This document shows, piece by piece, positions 26,328 through 38,140 of a stretch of DNA of 64,000 nt. Position numbers and translations under genes: made by a program. The stretch comes from an uncultured delta proteobacterium (GTDB lineage Bacteria; Myxococcota_A; Polyangia; Fen-1088), in the NCBI GenBank assembly GCA_963796685.1, contig CAWCMR010000013.1:1-64000 (forward strand). Direction: 5' to 3'. The notes beneath the pieces were generated by a model. That model made no database searches, was not told the origin of the DNA, and saw nothing but the letters and a program-made list of their open reading frames with translations. Position 1 is the first letter of the stretch, and each line of letters begins with the position of its first letter.

Positions 26328-27244
26328 GTCTGTTCGTCGTCGACAAGCCGAGCGGCCCGAGCTCGTTCACCGTGGTGAAGCGGGTGCGGGCGCTGCTGGG
26401 TAGGCGGGGAGAGAAGGTCGGGCATGGCGGGACGCTGGATCCCTTCGCCAGCGGGGTGCTGCCCATGTGCATCGGCGAGGGCACCAAGGTCCTCGCCTTC
26501 CTGCTCGACGCGGACAAATCCTACGAGGCCGTGGTCCGGTTCGGGGTGGAAACCGACACCCTCGATGTCACCGGCAAGGTTCTTGCCGAGCGTCCGGTGG
26601 GGGATTTGTCGGCGTCCCTGGTCGAGGCCGCGCTCGTCGGTCTTCGCGGCCCCATCGAGCAGGTGCCTCCGATGTACTCAGCCCTCAAGCGCGCGGGTCG
26701 TCCGCTGTACGCCTACGCGCGTGCCGGCGAGACCGTGGACCGAGCCGCGCGGAAAGTGACGATCCACGAGCTGGAGCTGGTTGCGTTCAAGGCTCCCGAC
26801 CGCGCCTGCTTGCGCATTCGCTGCTCCAAGGGAACGTACATCCGCTCGCTGGCAGCGGACTTGGGCACGCGGCTGGGCGTGGGCGCGCACCTCGCGGAGC
26901 TGCGCCGAACCGCCTCGGGCCCGTTCCGCATCGAGCAGGCCGTCACGCTCGAAGACCTGGCTGCGCGCGTGGCCGATGGCCGGCCGCTGCCGTCGCTGTC
27001 CCTGCTCGAGGCCCTGGCGCACCTGCCGCGGGTGAAGGTGGACGAGGCCCAGGCCCTGGTGCTCGTGCGCGGCCAACGCATGAACTGGGAAGTTCTCGAC
27101 GGCGGACTCGACTTGAACGGGCCTGCTTGTGCCGTGCTCGACGGCGAGGCCGGTCCATCGCTGATCGCCGTGGTCGCCCGGAATCCCGACGGCACGGTGA
27201 AGATCCTGCGCGGCTTCCAGCCAACCCCACCGCCGACACCCTGA
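26324..27244 (+). CDS. truB: tRNA pseudouridine(55) synthase
   Basis: DKPSG, KVGHGGTLDPFASGVL, QVPPMYSALK, CSKGTYIRSLA. Confidence 0.96.
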   Translation: MSLFVVDKPSGPSSFTVVKRVRALLGRRGEKVGHGGTLDPFASGVLPMCIGEGTKVLAFLLDADKSYEAVVRFGVETDTLDVTGKVLAERPVGDLSASLVEAALVGLRGPIEQVPPMYSALKRAGRPLYAYARAGETVDRAARKVTIHELELVAFKAPDRACLRIRCSKGTYIRSLAADLGTRLGVGAHLAELRRTASGPFRIEQAVTLEDLAARVADGRPLPSLSLLEALAHLPRVKVDEAQALVLVRGQRMNWEVLDGGLDLNGPACAVLDGEAGPSLIAVVARNPDGTVKILRGFQPTPPPTP

Positions 27245-27318
27245 ACAGGGGCGCCTCGGCCTGAAGGCGGCCCTGAGCCCGGACGCTGTTTTGTGGGGGC
27301 CGCGCAGCGGCCCTATCG

Positions 27319-27450
27319 CCTCGCCCCGCGGCACGCGGGGAGAGGCCGACGCGCGAAGCGCGGCCGGTGAGGGGAAGAGAAGCCGCGCCGACCTCGGACC
27401 CCTCACCCGCCGCCGCGGACGTCGGCGGCCTCTCCTCGACGGGGAGAGGC
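27319..27450. repeat. Inverted pair of REP-like elements between convergent truB and NUDIX genes
   Basis: CCTCGCCCCGC..GCGGGGAGAGG..GGTGAGGGG followed by the inverted CCCTCACCC..CCTCTCC..GGGGAGAGG; same family as 12072-12135. Confidence 0.75.
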
Positions 27451-27497
27451 GCGGATCTCGGCCACTGCCCACACCTTGAAAGGGCCAGCCCCGAGGG

Positions 27498-28022
27498 CTA
27501 TCCCCAGCGCTCGTGGATGAAGTAAAGGCCGGCGAACACCTTGGCGGCGATGGCGTGCCCCTTTCGCTCCTGCTCGCCCAGCCAGGCGCGCGCCCCGTCC
27601 ATCGGCACTTCGTGCACGACGATGTTCTCGTTGTCGACGCCCCCGCCGGGGCCGACGCGATCGAGGTTCCAGGCCAGCACGAAGTGCACGAATTCGTTCG
27701 CCATGCCGGGCGAGGTGGCGGTGGTGGCCACGAGCTCCAGGTCTTTCGCCGCATAGCCGGTCTCCTCGATCAGCTCGCGGCGCGCGGCGACCACGGCGTC
27801 CTCGTCTTCGTGGCCGGCTTCGTCGCCCATCAGGCCGGCCGGAAACTCGATGGCCCGGCGGCCAAGCGGGGCGCGCAACTGCTCCACGAAGACGAGGTGG
27901 CGTTCGCGGGTCAGGGGCACGATGGTCACCACGCCCCTGGAATTGGGCCGCTCGACGAAGGACCACCCGTCGCGCTCGATCATGCGCAGGTATCGGGACT
28001 CGGCGACGATGCGATCGACCAT
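27498..28022 (-). CDS. NUDIX hydrolase (ADP-ribose pyrophosphatase-like)
   Basis: EFPAGL...AARRELIEETGY Nudix box, SPG. Confidence 0.9.
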   Translation of the reverse strand: MVDRIVAESRYLRMIERDGWSFVERPNSRGVVTIVPLTRERHLVFVEQLRAPLGRRAIEFPAGLMGDEAGHEDEDAVVAARRELIEETGYAAKDLELVATTATSPGMANEFVHFVLAWNLDRVGPGGGVDNENIVVHEVPMDGARAWLGEQERKGHAIAAKVFAGLYFIHERWG

Positions 28023-28046
28023 CGGATGTGGCCTTGCGAGTGGCCG

Positions 28047-28943
28047 CTAGCGGCCCAGCTCTTCGTCGATCCAGTCGCGAAAGCTGGCGATCTCGAGCGG
28101 ATCTTCGTACTTGCGCCCGTTGATGTAGATGCTGGGCGTGGCCATCACCCCAAGGTCGTTGCCCTCGGATTTGTCGGCCTGCACGCGGTTCTTGACCGCG
28201 TCCGACTCGAGATCGGCCCTCCAGCGCGCGACGTCCAACCCGACCTCCTTGGCGGCTTTCTCGAGCACCGCAGGAGTCAGGTTGTCCGAATTCTCCCAGA
28301 CCTTCTCGCAAAAGGGCCAGAACTTGCCCTGCTTCTGCGCGGCGACGGCGGCCTCGGCGGCCAGCCGGGCGTTGGCGTGCGAGCTGAGCGGGAAGTGCTT
28401 GAAGTAGATCTTGACGTCCCGGGGATACTCCTCGACCACTTGCCGCATCAGCGTCTGGGCGTGCTTGCAATGGGGGCACTCGTAGTCGACGAACTCAACC
28501 ACCGTGACGCGGGCGGACGGGCTGCCTTTGAAGGGCGCCGTCGTCACGTCGATGGACGCATGTCGGGGCGTGCGGAAGCGTTGCTCCAGCTTCTCGCTGA
28601 TTTCGGAGTCCGTGAATCCTGAATCGACCAGGTGCGCGACGTAGCGAACGGCATAGAACGAGGCCCGGCAGGCGCTGTCGTGCTTGAGCGAATAAATCAG
28701 GCTCTGGCCCTTGCCGCAGGCCGAGGATTCGTGGTTGACCACCCGGAAGAAGACCTTGCGCTCGAAGTCGTCGAGCTTGCTGATATCGATGCCCGGAGGG
28801 GGCGAGTTGTCGTCCCCCGTCTGAGAGCCGCCCTTGTCCGCGGCCTGGGCCGCCTGCGTCCGCGGGTACGCGTCCAGACCCAAGCAGGCTGCGCCGATCG
28901 CGGCCACCGTGAGGAGCCACCGTCGTCTTCGTGAGGGGTGCAT
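28047..28943 (-). CDS. Exported DsbA/thioredoxin-family protein
   Basis: Signal peptide, EFVDYECPHC, HFPL, GVMATPS (cis-Pro loop); extra N-terminal domain with two Cys. Confidence 0.85.
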   Translation of the reverse strand: MHPSRRRRWLLTVAAIGAACLGLDAYPRTQAAQAADKGGSQTGDDNSPPPGIDISKLDDFERKVFFRVVNHESSACGKGQSLIYSLKHDSACRASFYAVRYVAHLVDSGFTDSEISEKLEQRFRTPRHASIDVTTAPFKGSPSARVTVVEFVDYECPHCKHAQTLMRQVVEEYPRDVKIYFKHFPLSSHANARLAAEAAVAAQKQGKFWPFCEKVWENSDNLTPAVLEKAAKEVGLDVARWRADLESDAVKNRVQADKSEGNDLGVMATPSIYINGRKYEDPLEIASFRDWIDEELGR

Positions 28944-29056
28944 CGGAAGAGAGATTAGAAACCCGGAGGCCGTTAGTCAAACCCGTGGGCTCAACTCCTC
29001 ATTTGACGTTCCGACCTCGACCGGACAGTATGTAGGCCGTCGCACGGACAGTCAGC

Positions 29057-29458
29057 ATGGGCTCGGATTACATCGCAGTCACTCTGGTATTTTTGGTAGG
29101 CCTGGGCGTCGCTTTGCAGTTTCTGGCGCTCGCCAAATTCATAGGCGAACGCAGGCCAAGCGCGGCCAAGGACATCACCTACGAGGCCGGCTCGGACCCG
29201 GTGGGCGATCCCCGTGCGCGCTTCCCGGTCCGCTTCTACCCCCTGGCCATCCTCTTCGTGGTTTTCGACATCGAGGCGGCGTTTTTCTATCCCTGGGCGG
29301 TGAACTACCGCGAGCTTTCCTGCACCGGCGCGCTACACGGGGGCGTGTGCACGGCTGGCGTTTCCTTCCTCGGGTTCGGGGCCGCCTTGGCGTTCATGGC
29401 CGTGCTCCTCGTCGCTCTCATCTATGCGTGGCGCAAGGGCGTCATCGGCTGGGGCTAG
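29057..29458 (+). CDS. nuoA: NADH-quinone oxidoreductase subunit A
   Basis: YEAG, FYPLAILFVVFDIE, YPWA, YAWRKG. Confidence 0.93.
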   Translation: MGSDYIAVTLVFLVGLGVALQFLALAKFIGERRPSAAKDITYEAGSDPVGDPRARFPVRFYPLAILFVVFDIEAAFFYPWAVNYRELSCTGALHGGVCTAGVSFLGFGAALAFMAVLLVALIYAWRKGVIGWG

Positions 29459-29462
29459 CATC

Positions 29463-29993
<531 letters not shown>

Positions 29994-29997
29994 CACC

Positions 29998-30489
29998 ATG
30001 GCCAAGATCGTTCTCGACAGACTGGCCGAGCGCTTCACTGGCGGCGAAATTCTGGAGACCGGCTCGCAGCACGGTAACGAGTGGGCGCGCGTGGCACCCG
30101 CCGCGTGGCGGCAGGTGGCGGAGTTCCTGCGTGACGATCCGGCGCTGCAGCTGAACATGTTCGTGGATCTGACGTGCGTGGACCGCATGCCCGGTGAGCC
30201 GCGCTTCGACGTGGTTCTGCACCTCTATTCCATCGAGAAGAAGCATCGCGTGCGTCTGCTTGCCGGCGTGCCGGAAGAGCTGGCCGTCATCGACACGCTG
30301 GTTCCGCTGTGGCCCGGCGCCAATTGGTTCGAGCGCGAGGCCTTCGATATGTACGGGGTGCGTTTCGAGGGACACCCGGATCTGCGACGCATCCTGATGT
30401 ACCCGGAATTCCAGGGGTACCCCTTGCGCAAGGACTACCCCAAAGAGAAACGGCAGCCGCTCATGCGCCGTCTTCCGGGGAGCGTGTAA
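29998..30489 (+). CDS. nuoC: NADH-quinone oxidoreductase subunit C
   Basis: ANWFEREAFDMYG..FEGHPDLRRILM..PLRKDYP. Confidence 0.96.
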   Translation: MAKIVLDRLAERFTGGEILETGSQHGNEWARVAPAAWRQVAEFLRDDPALQLNMFVDLTCVDRMPGEPRFDVVLHLYSIEKKHRVRLLAGVPEELAVIDTLVPLWPGANWFEREAFDMYGVRFEGHPDLRRILMYPEFQGYPLRKDYPKEKRQPLMRRLPGSV

Positions 30490-30491
30490 CC

Positions 30492-31763
<1,272 letters not shown>

Positions 31764-33338
31764 ATGGCAGCTGAAACTTCCCCACCAGCCGAAACCGTAA
31801 CCGTTCTCATCGACGGCAAGGAACACAAGTTCCCGAAGGGCACCAACCTTCTCGAGGCCTGCCAGTCGGTGGGGGCCAAGATCCCCTTCTTCTGCTACCA
31901 CCCCGGGCTGTCGTCGCCCGCGGTGTGCCGCCAGTGCCTGGTGGATATCAAGGGCGCGCCCAAGCCGGTGCCGTCCTGTTACACCACGGTCGCCGACAAG
32001 ATGGAGGTGACGACCAATTCGCCCAAGGTGCTGGACATCCGGCGGCAGATGCTCGAGTTCACGCTGCTCAACCACCCCATCGACTGTCCCATCTGCGACA
32101 AGGCCGGCGAGTGCAGCCTGCAGCGCCACTACTTCGACTGGGACGGCATGCTTGCGCGCAACGAGGGCGACAAGGTGCGCAAGGCCAAGGTCGTCGATGT
32201 CGGCAAGCACATCATCCTCGATCAGGAACGCTGCATCCTGTGCACCCGCTGCATCCGCGTGTGCGACGAAGTCGCCAAATCGTCGGATCTGACCATGGCC
32301 TTCCGAGGCAGCCACCAGATCCTCACCACCGCGCCCGGGCACCGACTGGACAATCCGTACTCGCTCAACACCGTGGACGTCTGTCCGGTGGGCGCGCTCA
32401 CGGCCAAGGATTTTCGCTTCTCGCGCCGCGCGTGGGAGTTGTTCTCGACCCCGTCCGTGTGTCCGGGGTGCGCCACGGGCTGCAATATCGAAATCCACGC
32501 TTCACAAAACAAGATCCGTCGCCTGGTGCCGCGCGAGAATCCCGCGGTGAACAAGCACTGGATGTGCGATGAGGGGCGCTTCGAGTACAAGGCCGTGCAC
32601 GACCATCGCGTATTGCTTCCGTCGGCGGGGGGCCGCAGGGTGACGTTCGATGCGGCGCTGGCCGAAGCCGCGGGTTTGCTTGGTAACGACATCGTGCGCT
32701 CCCCCGGCAGCGTCGGCGTCGTGTTTTCGTCCCAGGCCACCAACGAGGACCTCCACGCGCTGCTGCGCCTGGCCCTCGATGGCCTGAAGATCGATCGCGT
32801 GTACGGCGGTGGGCGCCCCATCGGTGGGTCCGACACCATCTTGGTGAGCGCGGACAAGAATCCCAACACCACGGGACTTGAACGAATGGTGCCGCCGCCC
32901 ATCCGGACGCTCAAAGATCTGACCTTGGATCTGGCGACGGGCGCGCTGACCACGGTGCTTGTGCTGGGGAACGAGGCCCTGATCGTTCCCCCCACCACGC
33001 CTGTCGCACTGATCGTCTTGGCTTCGCACAAGGGCCCCCTGGTCGACGCCGCCAGCGTGGTGCTGCCCATCGCGACCTGGGCCGAGGTGGACGGTTCGTT
33101 CACCAACAAGGATGGCCGGGTTCAGCGCATTCACGCCGCGCTCCCGTGCACCGGCGAGGTGGTCCCGGGCTGGCGCGTGCTGGCCCTTCTCGGTAGCATG
33201 CTGGGCATCCATCTGGCCTACACGTCTGCCGGCGAGGTCTTCTCCGAGGCCGCGAATCGCCATGCCTTCATGAAGGGCGCGACCTTCGGGTCGCCGTGCC
33301 CGCCCGTTCAACTGCGCTTCGGCGAATCGAGAGGCTAG
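31764..33338 (+). CDS. nuoG: NADH-quinone oxidoreductase subunit G (shortened)
   Basis: IPFFCYHP..CRQC, NHPIDCPICDKAGEC, RCILCTRCIR, CPVGAL, CPGCATGC..WMCDEGR. Confidence 0.9.
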   Translation: MAAETSPPAETVTVLIDGKEHKFPKGTNLLEACQSVGAKIPFFCYHPGLSSPAVCRQCLVDIKGAPKPVPSCYTTVADKMEVTTNSPKVLDIRRQMLEFTLLNHPIDCPICDKAGECSLQRHYFDWDGMLARNEGDKVRKAKVVDVGKHIILDQERCILCTRCIRVCDEVAKSSDLTMAFRGSHQILTTAPGHRLDNPYSLNTVDVCPVGALTAKDFRFSRRAWELFSTPSVCPGCATGCNIEIHASQNKIRRLVPRENPAVNKHWMCDEGRFEYKAVHDHRVLLPSAGGRRVTFDAALAEAAGLLGNDIVRSPGSVGVVFSSQATNEDLHALLRLALDGLKIDRVYGGGRPIGGSDTILVSADKNPNTTGLERMVPPPIRTLKDLTLDLATGALTTVLVLGNEALIVPPTTPVALIVLASHKGPLVDAASVVLPIATWAEVDGSFTNKDGRVQRIHAALPCTGEVVPGWRVLALLGSMLGIHLAYTSAGEVFSEAANRHAFMKGATFGSPCPPVQLRFGESRG

Positions 33339-33350
33339 GCGAGGACGAAA

Positions 33351-34490
33351 ATGTCGGACAGTATCTACAATTTCTTCGCGCATATCCTGCCCTACGACTC
33401 GGCGGGTTTCAGAGCCGTGGCGGCTTTGGCCAAAAGCGTGTTCTTCATTCTACTCTTCACCATGCCCCTGGCCGGGATCCTGACCTGGATGGAGCGCCGG
33501 CAGTCGGCCATGATGCAAGATCGCGTGGGCCCCAACCGCGCCAACATCGGACCCTTCACCTTGTGGGGCATTCCGCACTTCGTGGCCGATGCCCTGAAGA
33601 TGATCTTCAAAGAGGACTTCGTTCCGCCCGAGTCGAACAAGTTCCTCTTCGCGCTGGCACCTATTCTGTCCGTGGCGCCGGTGCTCATCGCCAGCGCCAT
33701 CATTCCTTTCGGCGCGCCCCTGTGCTACGGCCACATGACCGAGATCGTGGCGCCGGGCACGTGCGTGGCACCCATCGAATTGCAGGCCGTTCGCCTCGAT
33801 GTTGGTCTGTTGTTCTACTTCGCCATCGCCTCGCTGGCCATCTATGGCGCCGCGCTGGCCGGCTGGGCCTCGCACAACAAATGGGCACTGATGGGCGGCA
33901 TGCGCGCTTCGTCGCAGATGATGTCCTACGAGATCACCATGGGCATGGCGGTGATGGCCATGTTTCTCGTCTACGGTACGCTGGAGCCGGGTGCCATGGT
34001 GAACGCCCAGGGCGATTGGCCCTGGCAGTGGGGCATCGTCGGCGTTCCACAGGCTATCGCCTTCGTTCTCTTCCTTGCCTCGGCCATCGCCGAGAGCAAG
34101 CGCACGCCGTTCGACATTCCCGAGGGCGAATCGGAGATCGTCGGCTATTTCGTCGAGTACTCGGGTATGCGTTTCGGCATGTTCTATCTGGGGGAGTTCG
34201 TCGAAGTCATCACCAGCAGCGCGCTCATGGTGACCGTGTTCTTCGGTGGCTGGCGCTTCCCGGGTGCCGCCGTGCTGACCGCCGCCCTTCCCAATGCGCT
34301 GTTCGTGCTGGTCAGCGTTCTCGTGTGGTCCTTGAAGGTGTTCTTGTTCTGCGCCTTCCAATTGCTGATTCGTTGGTCGCTGCCGCGCTTACGCGCCGAT
34401 CAGCTCTTGCGCCTGGGTTGGCAGCGCCTGCTGCCCATCTCCATCGCCAACGTGGTTCTGGCCGCGGGATGGATCCTCTGGCGCAGGTAG
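33351..34490 (+). CDS. nuoH: NADH-quinone oxidoreductase subunit H
   Basis: MQDRVGPNR, ADALKMIFKE, AESKRTPFDIPEGESE, EYSG, RWSLPRLRADQL. Confidence 0.96.
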   Translation: MSDSIYNFFAHILPYDSAGFRAVAALAKSVFFILLFTMPLAGILTWMERRQSAMMQDRVGPNRANIGPFTLWGIPHFVADALKMIFKEDFVPPESNKFLFALAPILSVAPVLIASAIIPFGAPLCYGHMTEIVAPGTCVAPIELQAVRLDVGLLFYFAIASLAIYGAALAGWASHNKWALMGGMRASSQMMSYEITMGMAVMAMFLVYGTLEPGAMVNAQGDWPWQWGIVGVPQAIAFVLFLASAIAESKRTPFDIPEGESEIVGYFVEYSGMRFGMFYLGEFVEVITSSALMVTVFFGGWRFPGAAVLTAALPNALFVLVSVLVWSLKVFLFCAFQLLIRWSLPRLRADQLLRLGWQRLLPISIANVVLAAGWILWRR

Positions 34491-34501
34491 AAGCGAGGAG
34501 C

Positions 34502-35065
34502 ATGGCAACCACGGTCAAAATAGTCGAGCGGCCCGCCGGAATCCGGCGCAAGACCTATCTCATCGCCATCCTGGAGGGGCTGTGGGTCACCTTCCGCCAC
34601 CTCATGAAGAACTGGGTGGGCAACATCCTCGGCCTGCGCGCGAAGACCGACATCGCGACGCTGTCCTACCCCGAGGAGAAGAAGGCCTATCCCGCACGCA
34701 ACCGCGGCCTGCACCGCTTGATGAAGCGCGAAGACGGGCAAGTCCGCTGCGTGGCTTGCATGATGTGCCCGACGGTGTGCCCCGCCCATTGCATCACCAT
34801 CGTGCCCGAGGAATCCCCCGACGGTGGCATCGAGAAGCGCCCGCGCATCTTCGAGATCGACGAGCTTCGCTGCGTGGTGTGCGGCCTATGCGTCGAGGCT
34901 TGCCCGTGCGACGCCATTCGCATGGACACCAAGGTGCACGCCTGGCCGACCATTCGCCGGGCCGACGCCATCTTGGACAAAGAGGCGCTGCTCTCGCGCG
35001 GCGACCAATCGATCGCGACCCAGGGTGGCGTGGGCGAATTCTGGCGCGAAAAGGTCAAGACGTAG
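34502..35065 (+). CDS. nuoI: NADH-quinone oxidoreductase subunit I
   Basis: YPEE, RGLH, CVACMMCPTVCP, CVVCGLCVEACP (two 4Fe-4S motifs). Confidence 0.95.
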   Translation: MATTVKIVERPAGIRRKTYLIAILEGLWVTFRHLMKNWVGNILGLRAKTDIATLSYPEEKKAYPARNRGLHRLMKREDGQVRCVACMMCPTVCPAHCITIVPEESPDGGIEKRPRIFEIDELRCVVCGLCVEACPCDAIRMDTKVHAWPTIRRADAILDKEALLSRGDQSIATQGGVGEFWREKVKT

Positions 35066-35426
35066 CGCGCGGCCTGGCCGCGTTTCCCATGCTTCTTGGT
35101 CGCCCAAGGCGCTGCCAGCAGGCCGCTGGCGCACGGCGCCACAGGAACATCCTTCCTTTTTTTGCGAACAACGAGACGGAATTCGACGCCTCGTCCCCCT
35201 ACCCAGTAGGGTGTTTTCTTTCGCCAATGAGCAAGTGTATGCAATTGACTACTATTACCTACTCAATGGAGACCACACGCCGGATCCGAAGATCTCGAAA
35301 TCAGTATTGAGCGCCCGTGGTTGTCGGGATCTGTTGGCCACAGGTGGAGGGCAATTTCATGGACCAATTCTCGCGCGTCGTGCGACTGCTCTATGTGCAG
35401 CTGTACCGAGCAGGAGGAGCGAACCG

Positions 35427-36677
35427 ATGACAACGCGGCAAGCGACAAGGACCCTGTTGCCGGTTATGATGCTAGCCGCAGGCCTTTGGGGGTGCAGCAA
35501 CTCGCTCTCAGGCGGCGGTGGTTCAGGCGGTGCCCCTGGCATGGGCGGATCTACCTCGGACGGGACCACCGGTGTGGGTGGCGCAGGCGACAATGGCGGC
35601 GGGGGTGGCTCCTCCGCCTCGGGAGGTTCACGCGCCACGGGTGGTACGACTGCTGGCGGGGGTGGCTCCTCCGCCTCGGGAGGTTCACGCGCCACGGGTG
35701 GTACGCAGGGAAAGGGCGGGGCGTCTAGCCAAACCGGTGGCAGCGCAGCCGGCGGGGCGAGCAGCGGGAAGGGCGGCGCGAGCGCGGGGACTGGAGGTGC
35801 CGGAAGCGGTGGCACAGGAGCCGGCGGCGCGAAGGTCGACGCTGCAGAAATCAGCCAAGGCGGTGCGTCGGGCGGAGACTGCACGGTCGGGACGTGGCCG
35901 ACAGCCGATCCTTCGGCCGCCGGGCCGTTCCCGACGGTCACCGAAAACAACGTCGGTCCGGTCGCGGGCGCGGGTGTCGACGGTGGCGCCCCACCGCAGT
36001 TCACCCTCTTCCGGCCCAAGGACCTGGCGCAGGGGGGGCTCTGCCATCCGCTGATCACCTGGGGCAATGGAACGGGCGCTACCCCGAGCATGTACAAGGT
36101 CCTTCTCAATAACCTGGCCTCGCATGGGTTCGTCGTGATTGGATCGAACAGCCCGAACGTCGCCCAAGGGAATCCGGCACCGATGATCGTGGGCGTGACA
36201 TGGGTGTTGCAGCAGAACGATGACCCGACGAGCGAGCTGTACCACCGCATCGACACGACCCACATCGGTGCGACCGGTCACTCGCAGGGTGCCATGGCCA
36301 CCAGCCAGGCGGCTACCGACAGCCACATCACGACCAGTGTGCCGATTTGCGGAGCGATGACCGAGAAGAACCTGCATGGACCGGCCATGTTCTTTTGCGG
36401 TGGACAAGACACGCTCGTGGGGTGCAGCGGTGCACAGAACGCCCTCACCGCGGTGACCACCCTACCGGCCATGTTTGCGGAGTACGTGACCGCCGATCAT
36501 GGCTCTTGGATGAGCTTTACCGGCAACAAGCCAAGCCCCGTCGAGACCGCAATCACGGCCTGGATGCGCGTCCACCTCATGGGCGATGATTCGCTCCGGT
36601 CGTGGTTCTACGGGGCATCGTGCAAACTGTGCACGGACAGCGCCTGGATCATTACACAGAAAAATATGGACCAGTAA
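35427..36677 (+). CDS. Lipoprotein alpha/beta hydrolase (cutinase/chlorophyllase/polyester-hydrolase-like) with G/S/T linker
   Basis: RBS AGGAGG; lipobox LWGC; WGNGTG, ASHGFVV, GHSQG nucleophile elbow, GGQD, ADH. Confidence 0.8.
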   Translation: MTTRQATRTLLPVMMLAAGLWGCSNSLSGGGGSGGAPGMGGSTSDGTTGVGGAGDNGGGGGSSASGGSRATGGTTAGGGGSSASGGSRATGGTQGKGGASSQTGGSAAGGASSGKGGASAGTGGAGSGGTGAGGAKVDAAEISQGGASGGDCTVGTWPTADPSAAGPFPTVTENNVGPVAGAGVDGGAPPQFTLFRPKDLAQGGLCHPLITWGNGTGATPSMYKVLLNNLASHGFVVIGSNSPNVAQGNPAPMIVGVTWVLQQNDDPTSELYHRIDTTHIGATGHSQGAMATSQAATDSHITTSVPICGAMTEKNLHGPAMFFCGGQDTLVGCSGAQNALTAVTTLPAMFAEYVTADHGSWMSFTGNKPSPVETAITAWMRVHLMGDDSLRSWFYGASCKLCTDSAWIITQKNMDQ

Positions 36678-36717
36678 GTTCCTCGTCGTTTCGCACCTGA
36701 TGAGCAAAGGAGTACCC

Positions 36718-37914
36718 ATGACATCGTCGTCCGTTCCTCGCGGCTTTTCGCCGTTGACTTCTGTTCTTGCGCCAGCGCTGGCCATCTTGCTCGCAACTGG
36801 CTGCTCCAGTGGAGGGGGAGTCGCCGCGGGCGAGGGTGGCAGCTCTTCAGGCGGAACTACCACTTCAGGTGGAACCACGGGCAATGGCGGCTCCACTTCC
36901 AAAGGCGGGACAACTGGTACGGGCGGTACGTCCGCCACCGGCGGCACGACCTCGACCGGTGGCACGACCACCATGGGCGGGACCACCGGTAGTGGTGGCA
37001 CCAGCGAAAAAGGGGGAACCACCGGCACTGGTGGCACGACCGCGACCGGCGGAACCACCGGCTCTGGCGGCTCCGCTGGCAGGGATGCCGGCTCCGGCAG
37101 CGGCGGCACCGGAAAGGGGGGGACCATTGGTAGCGGCGGCGGCGCCGGCAGTGGTGGCCTTCCTGGCAGGGATGGTGGCCCTGGAAGTGGCGGCGCGCCT
37201 GGCAGCGGCGGTGCCACCTCGGACGGCGGCACAAGCACGGTAACGATCGATTGCACGGCCATCCCTGCAATGCCGAGCGGCGGTACATCGCACCAGGCGA
37301 ACAGCCAGGGCGGTTCGGGCAACCTCGCCTGGCAGATCTGGTCGAATCAAACCTCGGGAACCATCACCACCTTCAGCACTCCCGCATTCACTGCAAATTG
37401 GAACAATTCGGGAGACTACCTGGCCCGCCTCGGCCAGGAATGGGGGAACAACGGCAAGACCTATGACAAGTACGGAACGATCACGGCACAATTCGCCTAC
37501 ACGAAGACGGGAAGCGGCGGCGGCTTCTCCTACATAGGAATCTATGGGTGGTCGTCGAACCCGTGTGTCGAATGGTACATCCTCGATGACTCGTTCAACA
37601 CGATGCCATTCAATCCCTATAACTCAAGCCAAAAGGGAACTGCTACCATCGATGGCGAAAGCTACAAGCTCTTCTCGAACTCCACCAACGGTACCGGCGG
37701 ATCGAGATGCAACGCCTCGAGTTGGATGCAGTTCTGGAGCGTTCGGCAGAAGGCTCGCCAGTGCGGAGTCATTACCATTTCCGATCACTTCAAGGCGTGG
37801 GACGCCGCGGGCATGAAACTGGGGAACCTGATGGAAGCCAAGATTCTCGTGGAAACAGGGGGCGGCAGTGGGAGCGCCAATTTCCCGATCGCTAACGTGA
37901 CGACGACCCAATAA
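36718..37914 (+). CDS. GH11 endo-1,4-beta-xylanase lipoprotein with G/S/T linker
   Basis: Lipobox ATGC; YIGIYGW..NPCVEWYI, QFWSVRQ, ISDHFKAW, ILVE..GGSGSA. Confidence 0.88.
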   Translation: MTSSSVPRGFSPLTSVLAPALAILLATGCSSGGGVAAGEGGSSSGGTTTSGGTTGNGGSTSKGGTTGTGGTSATGGTTSTGGTTTMGGTTGSGGTSEKGGTTGTGGTTATGGTTGSGGSAGRDAGSGSGGTGKGGTIGSGGGAGSGGLPGRDGGPGSGGAPGSGGATSDGGTSTVTIDCTAIPAMPSGGTSHQANSQGGSGNLAWQIWSNQTSGTITTFSTPAFTANWNNSGDYLARLGQEWGNNGKTYDKYGTITAQFAYTKTGSGGGFSYIGIYGWSSNPCVEWYILDDSFNTMPFNPYNSSQKGTATIDGESYKLFSNSTNGTGGSRCNASSWMQFWSVRQKARQCGVITISDHFKAWDAAGMKLGNLMEAKILVETGGGSGSANFPIANVTTTQ

Positions 37915-37979
37915 GCCCTGTCCCGCTTCGAGCGGTATGCCGTAGCTCCAAAGCCGGGGGCGAACCGTGTTCGCCCCAA

Positions 37980-38140
37980 GGAGACTGGTGTCAAACGGCG
38001 GACCGAGTCCTGGCGGAGCGAGGAGCCCTGGCCGCGAGGCGCGAGGAGGGCGAATACTGGACGTATTCAACCGACGAGCAACGAAGCGGACGGGGCCCGC
38101 AGCCCGCCAAGCGACGGGAGCCGTTTGACACAGCCTCCTA
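37980..38140. mobile_element. MITE family A, copy 2 (inverted relative to 16017-16180)
   Basis: GGAGACTGGTGTCAAACGG ... CCGTTTGACACAGCCTCCTA; the interior is the reverse complement of copy 1. Confidence 0.85.
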
